Origin: Chrysomallon squamiferum
Taxonomy: Eukaryota; Animalia; Mollusca
DNA: 64,000 bases
Assembly: GCA_012295275.1 (NCBI GenBank)
Contig: CM022669.1
Coordinates: 11,594,001-11,658,000, forward strand
Direction of reading: 5' to 3'
Part shown: positions 54,486-64,000 of the stretch, piece after piece
Layout of the letters: the number at the start of each line of letters is the position of its first letter
Numbering within the stretch: position 1 is the first letter of the stretch
Translations under genes and position numbers: made by a program
The notes under the pieces: model-generated
Databases searched by the model: none
What the model was told of the DNA's origin: nothing
The model's input: the letters and a program-made list of their open reading frames with translations, nothing else

Positions 54486-56696
54486 ATGCTAAACTGTAAC
54501 TTATATGTTTGGTGGCCAATGCTAATGACTGCCTTTCAGCTGAAATGGGAGAATTTACAAACAATTGGGATTTTGGGGGGAAACATAATCATCATAATTG
54601 GATTTACTCCGTCAATATGGGAAGATGCGTGGAGCTGACGGATTGCTTTCGCTGAATACCAATGTGGCCAACTCAAAAGGACAGAAAGACTCTTGTTAAA
54701 GTAGGAACTCCATCCCAAGAGAAAGTTTGGTTTAAAAAATTACAACAAGGAACATAATTGTTTTAAAAGTAGAGTATGTGAGTCATATGTTTCACATCAA
54801 ATATGAACATTCTGTGATTCATCTAATCTTTTATTTTTTATTATTTTTTTCTTTTTTTTTATCTCAAAAGAGATATTATATTTGTCAGTTATACAACTCT
54901 TAAAAACAATAAAATTCATGGGATATTTGCAGAATCATAAATTCATGGGATATTCGCTGAATCATTTATTCATGTGTTGTTTGCAGAATCATAAATTTTA
55001 TGATTTGTTTTAAGACTCATTATTGCTTAAATAAGATATAAAATTGAATTATCCATGTCTTAATCAAGGACATTTCAACTGCATCAACTTCATCTTGAAT
55101 CAAAAAACAGTCACAAAATGTCAAATACTTATATAACAAAATAACCCAAACCCAAAACTTTACTTTGTGAAAATGAAAATAGCAGTTAACAATGAAAACA
55201 GTTTTTATTGTACAATAAAACTGAATTTATTTCAAAAATCTTAATTTCTTTCTCAAATACTGATTATAATTCTTAACATAATGGCCCCCCTCCCTGAAAG
55301 AAAAACAAAAAACAAAAGAGAATTATTCCACTATTTGCAAAACAACATCTTACAAAACTGATTCCTAAATTAATTAAGTGACAAATTTTCCCTTTCATCA
55401 TTTAAAAAACAGCCTTTCTTTAATTTATGGTCTAACCCAATTGATCTTCATAAAGCGTCTTCCTGATTACATCACAGGCTATTACTCAAACAAGTGTCGG
55501 CCATTTACAAGCGAGGAGAAAAAGTGTATTTGATGTAAAACGCCATCAGCTGGTGATAAGCTGTTTGTAGAAAGCAGAATTTCACAAGGCTAATGGCTTG
55601 GACGTGTTGTAAAGTAATGGTCACATTGCTGGCTTATAAAGAAGATCTAGGGAATGCGGAATGACAGCAGGATTACTTAACCCAGAGAAAGCTAAAAAGT
55701 CCCTGTGGATTAAAATTGAGTTTCCTCAGCCAGTTATCAGATACTCAGTATATTGTACGTGTAGCACTATAACTTCCAATATGCTTTTGTTTAAACCATT
55801 TTTTTTTTTTTTAATTATTTATTTATTAAACCTTGTGTAAGTTAGATTGTATAGTAATAATGTAATAGAAAAATTACAGTTTGATAAATGAAAATTATAT
55901 AATAATTATGTAATAGAAAACTTATCGTTTGTTTGATGAATAAAAATTATATAAAAATAATGTAATAGGAAAATTAAAGTTTGTTTGATTATTTTTAATT
56001 AATAAATAAAAATTATATAATAATTATAAAACAGAACAAAAAATGTCTTGTATAGGTTTGACATAACAGTCAGAGATTCATAAACAGCAAGCATCATTTT
56101 TATATTTGAATGAAACACTTTGCTCTGATTTCAAAATATTATACACAGAACATACAGCCACTCAATGTAGGCTTTGCTCTTTTTCATTATTATTATTACA
56201 GCTAAGAATCAACTAATTTTACATTTGTTGTTAAAGCTCATTTACCTTTTATATTTTATGAAGGAAATAGTTTCCTCAGATTTCAGACTCCTATAAAATA
56301 TGCATACCCAGAACTATATAGCGACTTTGTTATTTAGTAGGTTGTTTTTGCTGTTTTTGTGATGTTTTAAAAAAAAAAAAAAAATTAAAGTTTATTTTAT
56401 ATTAATATTACAATTAATTAATCTTTCTTGTTTGGGGAGATTCTAGTGATTACAATAAAAATTCTTGTTCACATACACACACTCATAAATATATATAGAA
56501 GGTATTATAAGAATCATAAATCATTACTGTAATCATAATCATCTTAAATCATCATGTTCATCATCATCATCATCATCATCATAATCACAACGATTATCAA
56601 GAATTATTATTATCACCATTGTCAAGAATTATTACTATCATCATTATCATCATCATCATCTCGTCATTATGAATGATCATCAGCACAGTAATTTAC

Positions 56697-56803
56697 CTTG
56701 TAGTCGCCGAGGAAGTCGACAGAACATGGCAGTACGGCTGTCTGTCCAGCAATCACTGTGACATTCTTTGTAAACACGTTGAATCTAGGCTCCACTCCCA
56801 GGA
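56697..56803 (-). CDS. Lachesin/DIP-like protein, end of signal peptide and Ig domain 1 first part
   Basis: ttatttttcAG acceptor and GTAAAT donor. Encodes xLGVEPRFNVFTKNVTVIAGQTAVLPCSVDFLGDYK, joining in phase 0 to VVW (cf. YKVAW of DIPs). Confidence 0.93.
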
Positions 56804-56835
56804 CTGAAAAATAAAATTAAACAGTAAATAAACAG

Positions 56836-56910
<75 letters not shown>

Positions 56911-57743
56911 AAAATGTTAAGTATATGCTAAAGAGTTGATTAAATAATACATTTATTTGTAAAAAAAAAAAAAAAATGTAAAAAAAAAAATATCTATTCA
57001 GATCTAACACACACACACACACATACAGTTTATAATATTATTTATAAAATAAAAACTAGACACAAACAAAACAAAAATTTAAACAGTAAATTAATACAGA
57101 GTGATGTTATGCATTGTAATACTAAACAACTAAAACAGAAAATCTAAATATAAAAAAAAATGTTTCTTTATTTTTTTAGAATAAAAATTATTTCTTTCAT
57201 CTATATTACAAAAAAACAATAATCCTTACAATTACATGGTTTCATATATCAAAAGTAATACACAGAAGAAACTAACAAAAATAAAATTAATAACGTTTTG
57301 CATAAATTTGAAAAGATATTTGTACCCAAATATAACATAATTATGATTTTTGCCAAAAAAAACAACAGTTAATAACTGTCAGAATTATAAAACCATCTTT
57401 TCAAGATTGAAAACATAACTGACAATCAGTGAAACATTTACATTTTAAACTGTTTATTAACAAGATAAAAATATTCACTTTTGAAAATATTATTTGCAAA
57501 TAACATGTTCTGTTTCCCAAGAACAGATGGACTGTCAGAAATATGAAGAACTTAAAATTAATAATTTAAAAGCTGTATTTTTTAAATTAAATAATCATAT
57601 AATATGCAGACAAATAATAATAATAATAATAATAAAATAATAAAATTTAGAACAATTATAATAAATAATGATAATGGCAATAATAATAATAAAATTTAAA
57701 AAATATATTAATAACAAATGATTATCATTGTCATATAGAGATG

Positions 57744-57793
<50 letters not shown>

Positions 57794-58804
57794 TTACAAA
57801 CATTCTGAACAAAACTTAAAACTGTTAAAACAAAAGAAACAAAAATTTAATAATTTAAAAAAACTCCATAAAAAAAATTAACCATAATAAATTATTATAT
57901 ACAATAAAATGATATACAATAAAAGATACTTCTTTTTATAATTTCTTTTTTCTTTCTTTTTTTCACATTTTTATTCAACTGGAAATTTCTCTGCAGTTAC
58001 TGACCCACTAATGACAAATGTATGGGAACACAGCAACAATGCAAGAATGCTGAAATTCAAAATTGCTCTTAATTTTCCTACACAGATTATCTGGCAAATG
58101 TCCAAATATAATGAAGAGGATAATTGAAGGCTTGAGATACCCAGTAAATAGGACCTCTCCCAGTTCTCCCCCCCCCACCATCGCTGGTACGTGGAGACAA
58201 TATAAAAACAGGAAGTAGGTAATAAAGATCAGCAAGAGATGAAGTCAGAATGAGGGGGCAAACTGTGAGAATAAGCAATGGCAGCAAATATTGGTTACAG
58301 ACTTCAGTGGACTTTAAAAAAAAAAACTAAAAAAATAGAAATAAAAAAAAATAATAATATCTATGGAGAGGAAAGGGAGGTTTATAAGTTAACAACTACT
58401 ACACCATACACTTGTTGTTGTTGTTGCTGTTGTTGTTGTTGTTATTACTGTGTTTTTTTTTTTTATTATTATTATTTTAGCTAGTGTTTGCTGGTTTGTT
58501 TAACTGGTACATTTAATTTTGATAATGCATGAGTCTGTGACATTTTAGTTTATGAATTAAAAAAATATGTTGTATTTCCTTCCTGATATACCTATCATTA
58601 CCTATTTCATTTGTACAGATGTCATATCTAAATTAACAAACACTGAATGAAAAGAAATATATAGGCCTATATATATATATATTTCTTTAATTTTCAGAAA
58701 TTCATTGATAAGGAATATTCAGTAGCAAGACAGTACATTCCACCCTGTTTGATGTTAAATAAACAAACTCTCACTAGATAATGAATGAAAAAAAGAAATA
58801 TATT

Positions 58805-58985
58805 GCTTTTATCCCCAGGACAGGGAAATATCCAGTTACTTAACAGCACATACCATATGATTCGTCACACAAATGAATCATCATTGACTGGAACAAGAAT
58901 CAATGAATCGGCTAGTGTAACACTTTTGAGTGCCATTAAAAACTCATTGATTCCACTCTAGAGGATTGACCCAGAGACCTATAGG
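58805..58985 (-). mobile_element. Second, more decayed SINE-like fragment
   Basis: acagcacatacca, actggaacaagaat and gaggattgacccagagacc occur in the order recalled for the same SINE family. Confidence 0.3.
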
Positions 58986-60262
58986 TTGTGAGATATTAAT
59001 GAGGAAACAATCGTACATGATTTGACATTTTCTGACAGAGCTGGATATTTCTGAATATGTAGCTGAACAAGGTCAGGCCAACTTAAATATCAGATCCCTA
59101 TAGATACATAGTTTTAATAAATATCAGGTTAAATAAATAGGTATTGTGTAGATCACTGGTATGAACGCTTGAATATTCAGATTTGTTTTCCCATTCAAGA
59201 CAGAGCCCATTACTGATTTATCATTTGATGTTGTATGTGCTTTTCTGTCAAAGCTGTTGTAATACTGATGATAGTAAAATAAATATTAGCAGTAGTAATA
59301 ATAGTCATTCTAGTGTTAGTAATATCTAGTAGTAGTAGTAGTAGTCAAAAACAAATAAATGGAGGAACAGAAATAGAATGACCATATTACAGTAGCAAGC
59401 AGCAGCAACAGTAGTAGTAGATGTAGTGGTGGTGATAATATTGGTAGTAGTAAAAGCAACAGCGGACCAGTAATACCATGTGAATTCATGTAGTACTATA
59501 ATTAGTTGTAACAGTAATAAGTGTAATATTATAGTAGTAGTAATATTATTAGAATTAATAATTGTGACAGTAACAACAGAAGCAGTTGTGGTAGTAGTAT
59601 CACAGAAACAGTACTAGCAAATTACAGAAAGGTTAAAAGATTGAAAAAAAACTACACAAAACAGAAGCAAAACAAAACCGATACATTTCCATTCACTAAA
59701 ACTGTGAAAAACTTTCCATATTAATACTACCACATTCTTCAACAACAACAACCAAAAAAAAATAAAAAAAAAAAAATTCCTGAACAAACAGCCTAAAATA
59801 TGTCTTTCATAAACCGTGAAGACTAATTTCATCATTTTTTTTTTTTTTTTAATAACTGCTGTACAAATCAAAAATCTTTCCCGCACTGATCACACTTGAT
59901 AACCAAATAAAGAAAATCATTACTGAGCCGTCCAGAATGCAGAACTGAAAGGAAAAGCGAGCCAAAAGCGGCGGAGTGGACTCAGCCTCAGCAAAGCGGG
60001 CCGAGAACGAAGAACTGCACAACGGCAGCGTCAAACTGCTGGTGGTGCAGACGGCAGTTAAAGGATCGTTACTGTGTACGGAAGCCGTGAATCAGACGTC
60101 TAATCAAGAGTGTATAACAGGATATAACAATAAAGCAAGCATTATGACACGCGTGTGCCCAAATCTGTATCGAAATGCAGCGAAATCATCTACGAAGAGA
60201 AACTGCTTGGCACCTGTAACATCAATCATATGGGAATTGCTTCTAGACTGTACTCCAGGCTG

Positions 60263-60307
<45 letters not shown>

Positions 60308-60927
60308 AACTGGATACTTACTTAATCTTTCTTGTTGGACTCTGTAAAAATTTTTTGGATATTTTCATTTCTCTTAAATATTTTCAGTATATATTTTGCA
60401 AAGTTTCTCTTAATTTTTTTTTCTTTTCATTTGGACCCATGGCATATGTTTACCACAAAATCACAGAATATTCAACTTGGATTTTTAATTTTCAGTTGGA
60501 CCCATGGCATTCTATTTTTAAAACAAAATCACAAAATATTTATGGAAATTTTCAACTGGATAGTTTGCAAATTATCACCAAATTTTTACAAGTCAATAAT
60601 ATTAAATGTCATTAAACATCACATTTTATATCTTTTCATTATTATCATTTAAAAATTGGTTTTTTTTTTAATTATGACTTAAAGCATAAAAACCTGTCAC
60701 TGCTACTAAAAGATTTATTTTATTCACTCCTTTAGATGTATAAGTAACTTTTCTGCTAGCTTAATTAAATCAGTTAGTTACTGCTGGTTAAAATGGCCAT
60801 TTAGATAAAAATAGTCGCCAATAATAATTGATCCAAACTATAATTATTGCCTCACATTTATCAGTAAAGCAATATGATCTTGCAAGGATATTACAGATTT
60901 TAATGTAGTTAGCTGCATTTCTGAGAT

Positions 60928-60959
<32 letters not shown>

Positions 60960-62125
60960 CAGAAACAATAATAAAAAATAATAATAATACATGTCATCAA
61001 TATCTTCCTGACAAAGAGACTTTGGCAAGTCTAGGAGGCAAGTAAGAAGGAGAGACAACTGCAGATCACTAATCACTCTATGTAAGGTCTTCTAAATCAC
61101 ACCAATGTTTAATGAATTTTGTTTGACCTCTGACCCGCGACCTTCTACAGCTTGATTAATTTGATTTAGATCTAACATTGTGCGTCAGTTTTCTGAGATG
61201 TGTAATTTGCTGTCAGTGGAAAGTCTATAACGTTGCTAGTGGCGATTTGATTACTTTGTAGAACATATCTTCACTTTTCAATTTGTGGCCAGAACCTTGG
61301 AAACTGAATCATGTGACAAACTGTACTACAGATGTGGGGAAAAAATGTTTTAATTATTATTATTTATTATTTTTTAAAGGCAATTTGAAATGAAAAAAAA
61401 AAAAACCATTATCGTGGCTTTTCATTTATTACAAGAAAAAAATATAAATTATATATATATAAAAAAAAATTAATTTCTTTTTCTTTTTTTTATTATTATT
61501 ACTATTATTTTTTGTAGTATTATTTATTTATTTATTTAAAAAAAAATTATTTTCCTTTATTGTTATTGTTGTTGTTGTTATTATTATTATTATTTTTATT
61601 ATTATTATTATTATTTTTTCTTATATTTTTATTTATTTATAATTTTTAAAACATACAGAAGAGAAAGAAATACATTTCATATTAAATTTTAAACTTTATA
61701 TCAACCAGCAAAATCTGCAGGCTTCTTAAAATAAAATGAAATAACATCTTTTGATAAGTGCATTCATTATCATGCAAAGTTTTTATTTATTTATTTATTT
61801 ATTGTTTTGTTTTGTTTTGTTTTATTATTATTTGGTCATTTCAAAATATTACTTTGATTCCTGCATATATCGAAATACTGTAGATGTCATGTGAATTTCC
61901 CAAACAAACACAGAAGATTCTATATCATAACAAAATCCTTTTGGTAGAATATATCAACAACAAATTATATCCAGTCATTACTTTAGCTGTATCCTACAGT
62001 TAATACAAATACTTGTTAATAGTTTATGGATATGTTTGTGAAAACTGTTTTAGTATAATTTTATTTATTACAAACATGTCAAGATAAAGTCCTTTTTGTG
62101 AACAATATTGACAAAATTTTATGTG

Positions 62126-62171
<46 letters not shown>

Positions 62172-63124
62172 CTCCAGCCATTAGTAGACTTAATCCCCCA
62201 GAAGCATATCAGATCTTGGTAATGTTGAATAACAAGCACACATAATTCATATTAGCATTTGTTTGGAGGTGTGGAGGGAATATTTATGAAACCTATTTTA
62301 GACTTACATCAGCTTAACTACATTTTGATTTACTGTTTTTATTTATTTATTTTTTATTTTTTTGTTTAGATACAGACAAGATTCATGTCAAGGCAAAATT
62401 AAATTTTTTAAAACACAATGGACATCATTGATTCTGGCCCACTTTTATTTTATTTCCTCCCCCTCCTCCTCATCAATGTCATCATCATCACTGTTATAAT
62501 TACTGTTTCCTTTTTACGTTCTTGGACCTTCTTATTCAATAATAATAAAGTACGAAAAAAGAAAACCACTGTCATCGTTATTGAAATTCTTACCATTAGC
62601 CATTATTATTCATTATTCTTACCATTAAACCATAAGGCTCTTTTCAGTGCAAACCTCCCACGAGACTGCCACATCCTTGTTGAACACCACCAATAATCTG
62701 AACCCATTATCAACCTAACATCCATATGACACGAGCATCAGAGATTTAAATTTGCATATCGGACGTGTCATACCGGCTGTATTTATGACTGACAGTTAAA
62801 TGTCATAGATCCTCACCAAAGTTCTCTCGTTCTGTCAAGGGAGAGAATTTTCTACTTTGTAAACCGTTTTTTTTTTTTAAATTTGAATCAAAATAGAAAA
62901 ATGTCCCTCTGCAGGTTTTAAATTACAGAATTTGGTTCTCAGAGATTACTTATAAGCATGGTTAGAAGGGGAATAAAAAAATTATATGTTTTTGAATTTT
63001 GTTCTGATTGAAAGGAAAAAAAATCCCTAGAAATTAAAATATAATTTCGTATATAAAATATACACCTATTTATATTAGAAAAAAAATGATTAGATTAATA
63101 ATACAGACAAATCAATTATTTCAA

Positions 63125-63560
63125 CTCTACAGTTATATAGCATCATACTTATTAAGGACCATGTAAAACTATCTATATTATATAACATAGAACATATTTA
63201 TCGATATATTTTTTTTCAATCTGTTTATATGTAGCATCATAAGGACCATCTAAAACTGACTACATTATATAACAGAGAACAAATTTAAACATATACTATT
63301 TTTAATCTAATTATATATGGATCAGATACATAGAAAGAAGAAACCCACAACTGACACGAAGTGACTACACTTTTCAATTTACTAAGCAAGAGATTTTTTA
63401 TATATAAACCTTCTCATAAAACAAAACAAAAACACAAACCCAAAACTTATAAAACAGCACTGTCTGGAATGGGAAATGGATCTACAGGTATTCTGTGGAG
63501 AACTGATCTTTGAACCCTTCAGGCCTCAGTAATACAGTTTAACCACTGATGTAAAGTCTG
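63125..63560 (-). mobile_element. Degenerate tRNA-derived SINE-like remnant
   Basis: The minus strand opens with a decayed tRNA-like head (catcagtggttaaac...ggttcaaagatc). Plus-strand motifs taaggacca, gaagaaaccc, agcaagagattttttata and agcactgtctggaatgggaaat resemble, from memory, an abundant gastropod SINE. Not verified by search. Confidence 0.45.
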
Positions 63561-64000
63561 CATCAAATTCATATTGTGTAATAAACCGGTGCCTGATTTA
63601 CATTTTGTAACAAAGGATGTAACTGTATCACAAGACATCAGATATAAAAGGTCTGAATGAATCGTGATATTCAAAAATGGTCTAAACAGGTAATCAATCA
63701 ACAGAGACAGATCTGTCATCAGTGATAGAATCTCAGAAAATTGACCAAATGAGACGAAATAGAAAGGTTTATTCGTCATATTAAAATATTTCACCCTTGT
63801 GAAAATGATGTTCACAGATTAATCAAAAGAAAATGTCATGACAATACCATGAAATACTGATATATATATATGTGTGTGTGTGTGTGTACGTGTATAGATA
63901 GACAGATAAATTAAAAATAATAATAATAGTAATAATAATAATAATGATCGTAATAATAATAATAATGATCGTAATAATAATAATAATAATAATAATTACA

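Noticed and set aside
59976-60347. 123-aa plus-strand ORF
   Set aside because: It has a non-ATG start, no recognisable domain, runs into a (TA)n tract, and lies antisense to the Ig gene.
63490-63560. tRNA gene
   Set aside because: Only decayed A/B-box-like remnants are present, with no cloverleaf. It is better explained as a SINE head.

Overview
AT-rich, microsatellite-laden eukaryotic DNA with spliceosomal GT-AG introns. SINE-like remnants suggest a mollusc, probably a gastropod (inference). Two intron-containing genes can be assembled by hand. (1) The 3' part of a plus-strand coiled-coil protein gene (10 exons, 120-6591); every intron is phase 1 and one 84-nt, 28-codon exon is tandemly triplicated together with its intron. 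(2) A minus-strand lachesin/DIP/IgLON-like cell-adhesion gene with three Ig domains, a 98-aa stalk and a GPI-signal-like tail (7 coding exons, 56803 down to 20944); its signal-peptide exon is not securely located. Between the two convergent genes lies a CpG-retaining promoter-like island (CRE and YY1-like motifs, ~10.2 kb). It is followed by ~2.4 kb in which I found no CpG and which carries duplicated micro-exon-like cassettes, a candidate third, unannotated transcription unit. The Ig gene introns hold several satellites, a repeat-derived hairpin and candidate poison or alternative terminal exons. No prokaryotic features, CRISPR arrays, rRNA or intact tRNA genes were seen. Most ORF-track entries are simple-repeat artefacts. 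All exon calls are manual and lack transcript support.
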